Below are positions 48,443 to 57,290 of a stretch of 64,000 nt of DNA, in pieces. The position numbers were made by a program, and so were the translations under genes. The notes beneath the pieces are model-generated. The model did not search any database. It was not told where the DNA came from and saw only the letters and a program-made list of their open reading frames with translations. The DNA lies in NCBI GenBank assembly GCA_964502835.1, contig CAZCYF010000002.1, positions 41,478 to 105,477 on the forward strand, in the 5' to 3' direction. Every line of letters begins with the position of its first letter. The stretch's first letter is position 1. This DNA comes from an uncultured Halobacteriales archaeon (GTDB lineage: Archaea > Halobacteriota > Halobacteria > Halobacteriales > SKSH01).

Positions 48443-49339
48443 CTACTCATCGGAGGACGTGGAGCCGAGGCGCTCTTCCAGCAACTCGATCAAGAGTTCG
48501 TGCCGGTCGAGGCGTTCCTCGTGGCGTTGAATCGTCGCGCGGAGATCGGCTAGATCGGCGTCATCCTCCGGCGACGAGCGTTCGACACGGCTCTCACCGG
48601 GTGCATCCGAGTCGGCGTGGCTGCCGGTCGTCGACGTCGGTCGGAGCGGCTCGAACCCCTCCATCAAGGTGCTCGTCGAGGCGTCCGAATCGGCAGCTGG
48701 TGCCGGGCTTGGTTGGCCGAGGTCATCGATCGAGTCAACCCCGTGATGACGACAGATCGTCCCCTCCAGGTCGTCAACGAGAGCGGTCGCTTCCGACCGT
48801 GGCACCTTGATGCGCTCGGTACCTTCGTTGGTTACGAGGACGACCTGGGTCGCGACGGCGCCTGACTCGGTCGTGAGGTCGTGGATGGCCGCTAACGGAA
48901 TGTCGTCGGCGTCCGGCCCCCACACGTCCGTTCCGACGTGTTTGAACAGGTGGCGGTCGGTGACGACCACGGTCAACTCGTCGAACCGATCCACCCGGAT
49001 GACGGCCTCATCCGGTTCGATACGCGCGTGATGGCGAAGGATCCGCTCGAGGACGGCCGCGAGCACCGGTCCGAGGTGTCCGGAAGGGATCGCCAGCGTC
49101 CGTCGATCGCCATCTCGGGGCTCGAAGACGAGGTGTACGCCCCGGCGACCCCGATCGACGGCCAGCGTTTCGACCCGATGGTCGACCGATTCCACGCGCT
49201 CATCCCGGATGAGTCGACCCGCTCGATGGACGATGGTGCGCGTTTCCGTCGTATACAGCGTCGCGTCCTCGCCGAGGGAGATCCGATCAATGACGGACTC
49301 GGTGCCGAGGATGGTCTCGACGCGCCTCGGGAGGCTCAT
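48443..49339 (-). CDS. hypothetical protein, tandem beta-rich modules plus acidic coiled-coil tail
   Basis: Inner ATG 49339, with TATA (GCTTTATGC) centred roughly 27-31 nt upstream. Two similar ~90-aa modules, a Ser/Asp-rich linker, and a C-terminal heptad region (LADLRATIQRHEERLDRHELLIELLEERL). Confidence 0.6.
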   Translation of the reverse strand: MSLPRRVETILGTESVIDRISLGEDATLYTTETRTIVHRAGRLIRDERVESVDHRVETLAVDRGRRGVHLVFEPRDGDRRTLAIPSGHLGPVLAAVLERILRHHARIEPDEAVIRVDRFDELTVVVTDRHLFKHVGTDVWGPDADDIPLAAIHDLTTESGAVATQVVLVTNEGTERIKVPRSEATALVDDLEGTICRHHGVDSIDDLGQPSPAPAADSDASTSTLMEGFEPLRPTSTTGSHADSDAPGESRVERSSPEDDADLADLRATIQRHEERLDRHELLIELLEERLGSTSSDE

Positions 49340-49705
49340 GCGCGGTGAGTTGATGAAGGCAGAGCATAAAGCCCGCGACCGGATGGAAGGCTTTTTGGCT
49401 GGATTCGGCCTACTCGCTCTCGCGCCCGGGTGGCTTAGCTGGACATAGCGCCGCACTCATAGGGTCACCAGACTCGGCGCGTCGGTCCAGGCCCTGCCGT
49501 CGGGGCTGTGACCTGGGCCATGCGGAGATCGAGGGTTCGGAGCCCTCCCCGGGCATAAGCCGCGTCGGTCAGGCGTGTTTATTGACGCTCGACCGGCCGA
49601 TGCCCTCGGGACGGTAGTCGACGTGGGGCTGGTAGAATCGATGGGGGAGAGCCAGGTCAAAATACAACACGGCCGAGAAGCGGTTCACCCCAGCGTCCAG
49701 ATTAG

Positions 49706-50488
49706 CTACACCTGAACTTGTGCTGATGCGAAGTCGTCGCCACGAACCTCGACCCGCGAGACCGACGAGGGGTCGCTCATCTCGACGGTAAGCTCATACT
49801 GGACCTCCCCCACGCACTCGACGCATACCTCGTTGCGGTCCGAGGTCGACGCAACGCCGACGTCGACCACGAGCGCGTCGCCATCGAGGAGAACGCTTCC
49901 GAGCACGGCCTCATGGCAGGGGTTGGGTGCGAAACGGCGTCCTTCGATGACGATCGCACCATCCTCGACGGACCACGAGAAGTCGACAGTCCCCCCACCG
50001 CAACTCGCGGATAGCGTCTCGATGGACGTCGATTCGACCTTCGGCTCACCGGGGGGGTCCGTCCCCAACACGTCGACGGTCTCGATCGAGCTCACGTCAC
50101 CGAGCTCGACCGTTGCCTCATAGGAGATTTCGCCGACACACTGCATGCAATCAACGCCCTCGTCGGTCGCTTGCGCGAGTCCGATCTCGAGTTCGAGGAC
50201 ACCGTCATCGACACGGACGTCCTCGAGGGTAGCCCGATGACACGGGTTCGGGGCCGTCCGGGAGCCAGTCACGACGATCGTGTTGTCCTCGACCGACCAC
50301 TCATAGCCCGTGGCCTCGGCTCCACAGCCGGCCTCAGTTGTCTCGAGGTGGGAGGAGACGACTTCGGGAGGTTCGGTTCCGTCATCGGGCGACCGATTCC
50401 CGGGGCTTTGGCCGCCGACGTTCAAACAGCCGGCGACGGCAGTCACGCTGACCGTTCCGATCGATGCGAGGAGGGCTCGTCGTTTCAT
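49706..50488 (-). CDS. Tat-signal lipoprotein with duplicated four-Cys domain
   Basis: MKRRALLASIG twin-Arg signal and lipobox VAGC. Two 108-aa repeats follow, each with C...APNPCH...CxxCVGE. Confidence 0.7.
   Translation of the reverse strand: MKRRALLASIGTVSVTAVAGCLNVGGQSPGNRSPDDGTEPPEVVSSHLETTEAGCGAEATGYEWSVEDNTIVVTGSRTAPNPCHRATLEDVRVDDGVLELEIGLAQATDEGVDCMQCVGEISYEATVELGDVSSIETVDVLGTDPPGEPKVESTSIETLSASCGGGTVDFSWSVEDGAIVIEGRRFAPNPCHEAVLGSVLLDGDALVVDVGVASTSDRNEVCVECVGEVQYELTVEMSDPSSVSRVEVRGDDFASAQVQV
49715..50362 (-). repeat. tandem 108-codon intragenic duplication
   Basis: Cys55/83/114/117 align with Cys163/191/222/225 at an exact 108-residue offset. Shared strings include WSVED, APNPCH and CVGE. 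Confidence 0.7.
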
Positions 50489-50610
50489 ACCTCAACCCAC
50501 AACCGCGACTCAAATAGGGATATCGTTGGCTGAAATCGGTGTTTGTTCAGTGTGTTTCGTCCCTATTGGTTCGTTATCGTGCGAAACTGACCCCGGTGGG
50601 GGTGGTTGGG

Positions 50611-51009
50611 TCAATCGTACACCTCCTCGGGGTCGAACCGGCGGTCGCCCTCGGTCACCAGCTCCCCATCGACGATGCGGCGATGGAAACAGCTGCGATG
50701 TCCGGTGTGACAGGCCGGCCCTGCCTCGACCTCGAGTAACAGTGCATCACCGTCACAATCCACCCACACCTCCTTGAGGTGCTGTTCGTGGCCCGAGGTC
50801 GCCCCCTTGCGCCAGAGCGCATCCCTGCTTCGACTCCAGTAATGGACGGTGCCGCTTTCGAGCGTGCGACGGACGGCGGTCTCGTTCATGAACGCGGTCA
50901 TCAAGATCGTGCCGTCATCGACATCGCGGGTAATCGCCGTGACGAGACCCCGGTCCGAAAAGTCGAGGGCGTCGAGAATCGTGTCGACGGCTGGCTCAGC
51001 CAGCTTCAT
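50611..51009 (-). CDS. hisI: phosphoribosyl-AMP cyclohydrolase
   Basis: WSRSR..LW.KG.TSGH and [20 protein letters not shown] motifs. Confidence 0.9.
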   Translation of the reverse strand: MKLAEPAVDTILDALDFSDRGLVTAITRDVDDGTILMTAFMNETAVRRTLESGTVHYWSRSRDALWRKGATSGHEQHLKEVWVDCDGDALLLEVEAGPACHTGHRSCFHRRIVDGELVTEGDRRFDPEEVYD

Positions 51010-51298
51010 GCCGGCGCCTCCGTTGGAGTTCGGCCGTCACGTCCTCGAGGTCGAGGTCGTGGGCGGCCAGGAGGACGAGCACGTGAAACACCACGTCGGC
51101 CGCCTCATGAACGACCGCGTCGGCCGGCTCGTCCCGGCTTGCGTCGAGGAGCTCCTCGGATTCCTCGGCGACCTTGGCTCGGACCGCCGCCGGGCCCTCG
51201 GCAAGCAACCTCGAGACGTACGATTCCTCGAGTGGGTCGTCCCGGCGGGATTCGATCACGGCCATCAACTCCGCGAGATAGTCGAGGTCGTCAGTCAT
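50996..51298 (-). CDS. hisE: phosphoribosyl-ATP pyrophosphatase
   Basis: 100 aa: SYVSRLL..G...KV.EE.EEL...E.AD..FH.LVLL. Inner ATG of track ORF 50996..51535. Overlaps hisI by 14 nt. Confidence 0.85.
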   Translation of the reverse strand: MTDDLDYLAELMAVIESRRDDPLEESYVSRLLAEGPAAVRAKVAEESEELLDASRDEPADAVVHEAADVVFHVLVLLAAHDLDLEDVTAELQRRRRHEAG

Positions 51299-52583
51299 CA
51301 CGACCCTCCCGGCGGACGCGAACCGCCGCCGCGTGACCCGGCAATCCCTCGAGGTCCGCCATCGTCTCGATCGTATCGGCGAGGTGCTCGAGGCCGGCGG
51401 TCGACACCCGCTGGACCGTGGGAGTGCGCACGAACTCGAAGACCGAGATGCCACTGCGTCGCCGAGCGGCCCCGGCGGTGGGGAGTACGTGGCTCGGGCC
51501 GATGGCGTAATCGCCGGCCGCGGCCGAGGTGGCATGCCCGAGAAACACGGTGCCGACGGCGTCGATCCGATCGAGATGGTCGTCGGCGTCGTCCACCATC
51601 ACCTGGAGATGCTCCGGCGCATACGCATTGACGTACTCGAACGCGGCCGCCAGCGAGGGGGCGACGAGAAAACCGCCGTGGCGGTCAAGCGCCGTCTCGA
51701 CGGTGTCGGTGCGCTCGAACGATTCGAGGGCGTGTTCGACCTCCCGACGGACGGCCTCGGCCAGGGACCGGTCGGGCGTCACGAGGATCGAGGCGCAATC
51801 GGGGTCGTGTTCGGACTGGGCGATGAGATCCCACGCCACGTGTGCGGGATCGGCGGTCGCATCAGCAACCACGATGAGCTCCGTCGGTCCGGCCAGCACG
51901 TCGATGTCGACGTCGGTCATCACGGCGCGCTTGGCGGCGGTCACGTAGACGTTTCCGGGGCCGACCACCTTGTCAACGGCGGGGATGCGTTCGGTGCCAT
52001 AGGCCATCGCGGCGACGGCCTGGGCCCCGCCGACGGTGAACAGGTCGTCGACGCCGGCCACCTCGGCGGCGAATCGAGTGGCGGGATCGACGGTCCCATC
52101 CACATCGGGCGGCGTACAGACGACGATCCGGTCGACGCCGGCAACGGCCGCCGGAATGGCGGTCATGAGGACGCTCGAGGGGTACCTGGCCGCTCCACCT
52201 GGCGCATAGCATCCGACGGTCGAGAGGGGGCGGATGAGGGTGCCCGCCTCGACCCCCGGTTCGAACGCCTGGATCCAGGAGTCGGGGCGTTGCCGTCGGT
52301 GGAATCGATCGATCGCCTCGGCGGCCGACCGGATCGCCCCCACAGCCTCGTCGGAGAGCGCCTCCTCGGCCGCCGCGCGCTGTGAGTCCGGCACCCGGAG
52401 GGCCTCGAGGTCCACCTCGTCGAATCGACGCGTGTACTCGAACACCGCGTCATCACCCCGCGACCTGACCGCGGTGACGATATCCTCGACGTCGTCTTGT
52501 ACCCGTTCCAGGTCCGTCCCTGAGCGCTCGATGAGTCCATCGCCGGCGGAATCCAGCGGCTCAACGGATGGGATCGTCGTCAT
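51291..52583 (-). CDS. hisD: histidinol dehydrogenase
   Basis: GCYAPGG.A.YPSSVLM, QSEHDP and GDY..GP.HVLPT motifs. Inner ATG 52583 (MTTIPSVEPL...). Confidence 0.9.
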   Translation of the reverse strand: MTTIPSVEPLDSAGDGLIERSGTDLERVQDDVEDIVTAVRSRGDDAVFEYTRRFDEVDLEALRVPDSQRAAAEEALSDEAVGAIRSAAEAIDRFHRRQRPDSWIQAFEPGVEAGTLIRPLSTVGCYAPGGAARYPSSVLMTAIPAAVAGVDRIVVCTPPDVDGTVDPATRFAAEVAGVDDLFTVGGAQAVAAMAYGTERIPAVDKVVGPGNVYVTAAKRAVMTDVDIDVLAGPTELIVVADATADPAHVAWDLIAQSEHDPDCASILVTPDRSLAEAVRREVEHALESFERTDTVETALDRHGGFLVAPSLAAAFEYVNAYAPEHLQVMVDDADDHLDRIDAVGTVFLGHATSAAAGDYAIGPSHVLPTAGAARRRSGISVFEFVRTPTVQRVSTAGLEHLADTIETMADLEGLPGHAAAVRVRREGRDD

Positions 52584-52608
52584 GGGCTCACCCCCTGGAC
52601 CGCGTCGG

Positions 52609-53361
52609 TCATAACCGGACCGGGACCCCCTGTTGATCCAGATATCGCTTGACCTCGCCGATCGAGAAGGTGTCGAAATGGAAGACGCTCGCCGCGAGGG
52701 CGGCGTCCGCCTCACCCGCGGTGAGCACCTCCGCGAAGTGCTCGAGCGACCCGGCGCCGCCCGAGGCGATGATGGGGACGTCGACGACGCCGGCCAGACG
52801 GCGCGTGCCCTCGACGTCGTACCCCGCCTTCGTCCCGTCGGTGTGAATGCCGGTATACAACACCTCGCCCGCTCCGTGGGCCACCGCCGTCTGGGCCCAC
52901 TCCAACAGGCGGTGGTCGGTGCGGTGGCGGCCGCCACCCGTGTAGACGATCCACTCATCGCCCTGACGATCGGCGTCGATCGCACAGACGACCGCCTGGC
53001 GCCCGTAACTCGCGGCGATATCCTCGAGGACCGTCGGATCCTCGACGGCGGCCGTGTTCACCGACACCTTGTCCGCCCCGGCCTCAAAGGCCGCCGTCGC
53101 GTCCTCGAGGCCGCGGATGCCGCCGCCGACGGTCAACGGAATCGAGATGCGCCTGGCGATCCGTTCGACGGTCGCAAGGAAGGTGTCACGGCCGGCCGGC
53201 GTGGCGGCGATGTCCAGGTAGACGAGTTCGTCCGCGCCCTCGCGGTCGTACCGTTCGGCGACCTCGACGGGATCGCCGACCTCGCGGAGATCCTCGAAGT
53301 TGACCCCCTTGACCAAGGTCCCCGTATCCGCATCCATGCAGGGGACGATCCGTTTGATCAC
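52609..53361 (-). CDS. hisF: imidazole glycerol phosphate synthase, cyclase subunit
   Basis: [25 protein letters not shown] and ASGGAG motifs. GTG start in a GTGA overlap with hisB. Confidence 0.9.
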   Translation of the reverse strand: MIKRIVPCMDADTGTLVKGVNFEDLREVGDPVEVAERYDREGADELVYLDIAATPAGRDTFLATVERIARRISIPLTVGGGIRGLEDATAAFEAGADKVSVNTAAVEDPTVLEDIAASYGRQAVVCAIDADRQGDEWIVYTGGGRHRTDHRLLEWAQTAVAHGAGEVLYTGIHTDGTKAGYDVEGTRRLAGVVDVPIIASGGAGSLEHFAEVLTAGEADAALAASVFHFDTFSIGEVKRYLDQQGVPVRL

Positions 53362-53930
53362 TCCACGACCCCCTTCGAGCTCGGGACGTCCTCACCCACG
53401 ACCGCCACGGCCATCGCAAGGGCGGCACCGATCCCCTTGGCGGTCGCCTCGGCCTTGTGGTGATCGTTGGTCCCCCGCAGGACGTCCACGTGCAGGTTGC
53501 AGGTGGCGTTGCTGGCGAACGTCTCGAGCAAATGGGCGTACAAGTCGGTGCGCATGTCCTCGAGGTACTCCGTGTCGAAGGTGATGTCAACGTCGACGTA
53601 CGGCCGGCCGCTGAGGTCGATCGCGACCAACACGAGGGCATCGTCCATCGGGAAGATCGCGTGTCCAGCCCGTCTGATGCCACGCTTGTCGCCAAGCGCC
53701 TCGGTGAGGGCGCTCCCGAGGGCGATCATCGCATCCTCGGCGACGTGGTGATCGAAATCCCCACGGGCGGCCACCTCCACGTCGAACCGTGCGTGCGTGG
53801 CCATCGCCGCCAGCATGTGGTCGAAAAAGGCGATGCCGGTATCGACGTCGACGTGGCCATCGCCCTCGAGGTCGAGCGCCACGGTGACGGTCGTCTCACC
53901 CGTCGCTCGCTCGATGGTGGCAGATCTCAC
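53358..53930 (-). CDS. hisB: imidazoleglycerol-phosphate dehydratase (monofunctional)
   Basis: TGI.FFDHML, D.HH..ED and G.N.HH..EA..K motifs. No fused HAD phosphatase domain. GTG start overlaps the hisA stop. Confidence 0.9.
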   Translation of the reverse strand: MRSATIERATGETTVTVALDLEGDGHVDVDTGIAFFDHMLAAMATHARFDVEVAARGDFDHHVAEDAMIALGSALTEALGDKRGIRRAGHAIFPMDDALVLVAIDLSGRPYVDVDITFDTEYLEDMRTDLYAHLLETFASNATCNLHVDVLRGTNDHHKAEATAKGIGAALAMAVAVVGEDVPSSKGVVE

Positions 53931-54637
53931 GGTGTCAGCTCCATTGCTGCCCGAAGCGAGAACCTTCCCGCATATAAGGCCGTGCCGACGACGAGGCCGG
54001 CCGCGCCGGCGGCCTGCGCGGCGGTGACGTCGTCGAGGCTGGCGACCCCTCCACTGGCGTACACGGGCACCGAGACGGTCGAGGTGAGACGCTCGATTGG
54101 CATGGGGTCGATCCCGTCCAGTTGGCCCTCCCGCTCGACGTTCGTAAACAGGATGCCGCCGACGTCGTGGCGGTCGAAATGGTGTGCCACCTCGAGGAGG
54201 TCCGCGTCGACGCTCCCCGACCAGCCCTCGACCGCGAGGCCGCCGTCGACCGTTTCGAGCGCGACGAGCACGGACCGTCGGTCCACCGCATCGAGGATGC
54301 CACGTACGACCGCTGGTTCGGTGACCGCGGCCGTCCCGAGGATGACGCGATCGGCACCGGCGGCGAGCAGCGAACGGACGTCCTCGAGCGACCGGAGCCC
54401 GCCGCCGACCTGGATGGGCACCTCGGCTGCGGCGAGCAGCCGTTCGATGACCTGGCGGTTGTCACCCCGGTGCATGGCGGCATCGAGGTCGACCACGTGC
54501 ACCCGCGACGCGCCGGCGGACTGCCAGCGCTCGAGAGCATCGATCGGATCGCCGTAGTCCTGGGCGGTGTCCGGCCGGCCCGCGACCAGTTGCACACACC
54601 GCCCGTCACGGACGTCGATGGCGGGGATGACCTCCAT
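53927..54637 (-). CDS. hisA: ProFAR isomerase
   Basis: VIPAIDVRDGRCVQL, VVDLDAA, QVGGGLR and ASGGV motifs. Confidence 0.9.
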   Translation of the reverse strand: MEVIPAIDVRDGRCVQLVAGRPDTAQDYGDPIDALERWQSAGASRVHVVDLDAAMHRGDNRQVIERLLAAAEVPIQVGGGLRSLEDVRSLLAAGADRVILGTAAVTEPAVVRGILDAVDRRSVLVALETVDGGLAVEGWSGSVDADLLEVAHHFDRHDVGGILFTNVEREGQLDGIDPMPIERLTSTVSVPVYASGGVASLDDVTAAQAAGAAGLVVGTALYAGRFSLRAAMELTP

Positions 54638-54640
54638 CGG

Positions 54641-55501
54641 TCAATAGACCAGCCGTTCGATGGGCAAGACGAGGATGTCCTGCCCGCCCGCGTCCTTCGC
54701 CTCGGTGATCAGCTCATAGACCTCGTCTTCGTTCACGACCACCTGAATGGCGACCATGTCGGTCCCCTCGACTCGCGAGACGGTCGGGCCGGCCATGCCG
54801 GGCATCACGTCGCGAACCGCATCGAGGTGATCCTCCGGGACGTTCATGAGCAAGAGCTTGCGGGTCTTCGCCTGGATGACGCTCTCGATGGCGAGGCGGA
54901 GGGACTCGATGCGGTCGGGGTGGGCCTCGAGACTGTCCCGGTTGGCGACGAGGCGCACCGACGTCTCGAAGATCGATGCGATCACGTCGAGATTGTGCGT
55001 GCGCAGCGTCGTCCCGGTGGACCGGATGTCGACGATGAGGTCGGCTACGCCCAGGAGCGGCGTGATCTCCGTCGCGCCTGAAACCTCGACCAGGTTGACC
55101 TCGACTCCGCGATCGGCGAAGAACTCGTACGAAACGTTCGGGAATTCGGTGGCCACGGTCAGGCCGTCATCGACGTCACCGAGGTGGTCGATCGGGGAGT
55201 GTTCGGGCGTGGCCACCACCATCTCGGCGTTGCCGAAGCCGAGGTCGAGCAGCTCCTCGACGGTGGCACCAGATTCCCGAATCAGGTCGTAGCCGGTAAT
55301 CCCGAGGTCGATCGCGCCCATCTCGACCATGTTCGGGATGTCCGCCGTTCGAACGAACACCAGCTCCAGATCGTCCAGATCGGTCGGCGCGAACAGCTGT
55401 CGATCCCCCTCGTCGATGGGACCCGCTCCGGCGTCGTCGAGGAGTCCGATCGCCGGCTCATGGAGGCGGCCCTTGTTCGGTACCGCGAGGCGCAGCGTCA
55501 T
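54641..55501 (-). CDS. hisG: ATP phosphoribosyltransferase, long form
   Basis: LAVPNKGRL, DLGITG.D and STGTTL motifs, plus a C-terminal regulatory domain. No hisZ is needed. Confidence 0.9.
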   Translation of the reverse strand: MTLRLAVPNKGRLHEPAIGLLDDAGAGPIDEGDRQLFAPTDLDDLELVFVRTADIPNMVEMGAIDLGITGYDLIRESGATVEELLDLGFGNAEMVVATPEHSPIDHLGDVDDGLTVATEFPNVSYEFFADRGVEVNLVEVSGATEITPLLGVADLIVDIRSTGTTLRTHNLDVIASIFETSVRLVANRDSLEAHPDRIESLRLAIESVIQAKTRKLLLMNVPEDHLDAVRDVMPGMAGPTVSRVEGTDMVAIQVVVNEDEVYELITEAKDAGGQDILVLPIERLVY

Positions 55502-56574
55502 CGGTCGCTATCGAGCACGTGGGAGAGGGTGGTAATCAACCGACCGTTCTCCGACGGCGTGCCGACCGTGATCCGGACCCACGACCCATCGAGACCTCGA
55601 AATCCCGAGACGTCTCGGATCAGGACGTCCTCCCCGGCGAGCGCCGACACCAGGGCCGGTCCATCGAGATCATGGGTGGCTGTCGATGCCAACAGGAAGT
55701 TGGCCGACGAGGGGACCACCTCGAACCCGAGGTCATCCAACGCGGACCGGAGCCGCTCGCGCTCCGTGTCGATCATGCTCCGTGTCCGCTCGGCGAAGCC
55801 GTCGTCGTGGATGGCGGCGAGGGCGGCCGCCTGTGCCGGTCGGTTGACGCTGTAGGGTGACCGGACCACGCCGAGGGTGTCGATGCGGTCGGGCGACGCG
55901 ATCGCGTACCCGATCCGGAGGCCGGCGAGGCCGTAGAACTTCGAAAACGTGCGGGTAATGATGAGGTTGTCGTACGTGTCGACCCAGTTCACGAGCGAAT
56001 CTCCCTCGAACTCGACGTAGGCCTCGTCGAGGACCACCGTCGTCTCCGTCTCGAGGATGGCGTGCAGCTGATCGCGGTCGATGGCCCGCCCCGTCGGGTT
56101 ATTCGGCCGGCAGATGAACGCCCCCGACGCCTCGGAACATGCCGCCACGAGCTCCGGTTGTGGCGCCGCAAATCGCGGGGGCTCGAGATCGAAGAACAGC
56201 GGCGTCAGCCCGTTCAATCGGGCCGCGAGTTCGTAGACGCCGAACGTCGGCGTCGGGATGACCACCCGATCGCCGGGATCGAAGAAGGCGGTACCCACCA
56301 GATCGAGCAACTCATCGGAGCCATTGGCGAGACGGACCATCTCCGGCTCAAGGTCGAGGGTGGTGGCGATCGCCCGTCGCAGGGGATTGTCGACGGCCGG
56401 CGGATATCGTCCACACGACGGAGCCACCTCACGGATGGCCTCGACCGCCGAGTCCGGGGGGCCAAGCCGGTTTTCGTTGGCGTGCAGCCGGAGTGCATCC
56501 TGGGGTGTGGCCGTCTCCTCGAGCGGATACGCCGCCCCGGCTTCGAGGACGTCCTTGACTCGTTCGGAGATCAC
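55498..56574 (-). CDS. hisC: histidinol-phosphate aminotransferase
   Basis: L.ANEN..GPP, NPNNPTG-like (RPNNPTG), DEAY.EF and TFSK (PLP lysine). GTG start in a GTGA overlap with the PHP gene stop. Confidence 0.85.
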   Translation of the reverse strand: MISERVKDVLEAGAAYPLEETATPQDALRLHANENRLGPPDSAVEAIREVAPSCGRYPPAVDNPLRRAIATTLDLEPEMVRLANGSDELLDLVGTAFFDPGDRVVIPTPTFGVYELAARLNGLTPLFFDLEPPRFAAPQPELVAACSEASGAFICRPNNPTGRAIDRDQLHAILETETTVVLDEAYVEFEGDSLVNWVDTYDNLIITRTFSKFYGLAGLRIGYAIASPDRIDTLGVVRSPYSVNRPAQAAALAAIHDDGFAERTRSMIDTERERLRSALDDLGFEVVPSSANFLLASTATHDLDGPALVSALAGEDVLIRDVSGFRGLDGSWVRITVGTPSENGRLITTLSHVLDSDR

Positions 56575-57230
56575 GACACGGCCTCCACGAGCCGCTGGGG
56601 GGTCTCATCGAGCGCGGCGTCGACGCGGTCATCCGGCAAACCGGCCCCGGCAGCGATCGCCCGGGCCTCCGCATAGCCGATGAGATCCGACGGGTCGTGG
56701 GCGTCGGTGTTGACGACGAGCGCGGCATCGGCCCGCTCGGCCTCGCGTGCCACCCGGCCGTTGGTGAGGCAATGGCCACGCCGGGCGGTGAGTTCGAGGA
56801 CCGTCCCGGTCTCGGCGGCCCGGTCGGCCGCCGCCGGCGAGATCGGCCCGGGATGGGCGAGCAAGTCGACCGCGTCGGCCTCGATGGCAGCCCGGTTGGT
56901 GCCCGCCGCGACCGGTTCAACCAGCGTCTCGCCGTGGACGAGCACGAGGTCGGCCCCCTCGGCCTTGGCCCGGTCAGCCTCCGCCGCGATGAGCTCCGGG
57001 GGGAGATGCGTCAGCTCCACCCCAGGGACGATCCGGACCGGCTGTGCGCCGTTGAGCCGGGTCGCCGCGGCGACGCTTCGACCAACGACGTCAGCGACGT
57101 TCGATGGTCCGGCATGGTCGGCGATGCAGATCGCATCGATGCCCGCGTCGGCCGCCCGGCGAGCGAGTTCGGCCGGGAGCAACGCGCCGTCACTGGCGAA
57201 CGTGTGGGTGTGCAGGTCGATTCGGGTCAT
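56571..57230 (-). CDS. PHP-domain metal-dependent phosphoesterase; putative histidinol-phosphate phosphatase
   Basis: 219 aa. PHP ligand set DLHTHT, ADH, GVELTH, VHGE, LAHPG, NTDAHD. The functional call rests only on operon context, as the first gene of a translationally coupled his block. Confidence 0.7.
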   Translation of the reverse strand: MTRIDLHTHTFASDGALLPAELARRAADAGIDAICIADHAGPSNVADVVGRSVAAATRLNGAQPVRIVPGVELTHLPPELIAAEADRAKAEGADLVLVHGETLVEPVAAGTNRAAIEADAVDLLAHPGPISPAAADRAAETGTVLELTARRGHCLTNGRVAREAERADAALVVNTDAHDPSDLIGYAEARAIAAGAGLPDDRVDAALDETPQRLVEAVS

Positions 57231-57290
57231 GGCTGGCGACAGGTGAATCCGTATCTACCGCCACGCCGGGCGGCCATGTAAGCGCGCGGT

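Noticed and set aside
979-52985. N-terminal extensions of track ORFs: 979..2445, 9995..11311, 10518..11366, 21293..22648, 26652..28556, 28933..31458, 50996..51535, 51291..52985.
   Set aside because: The extensions are compositionally off-frame-like, overlap neighbouring genes or a tRNA, and are absent from homologues as I remember them. Inner ATG/GTG starts with TATA spacing or coupling overlaps were used instead.
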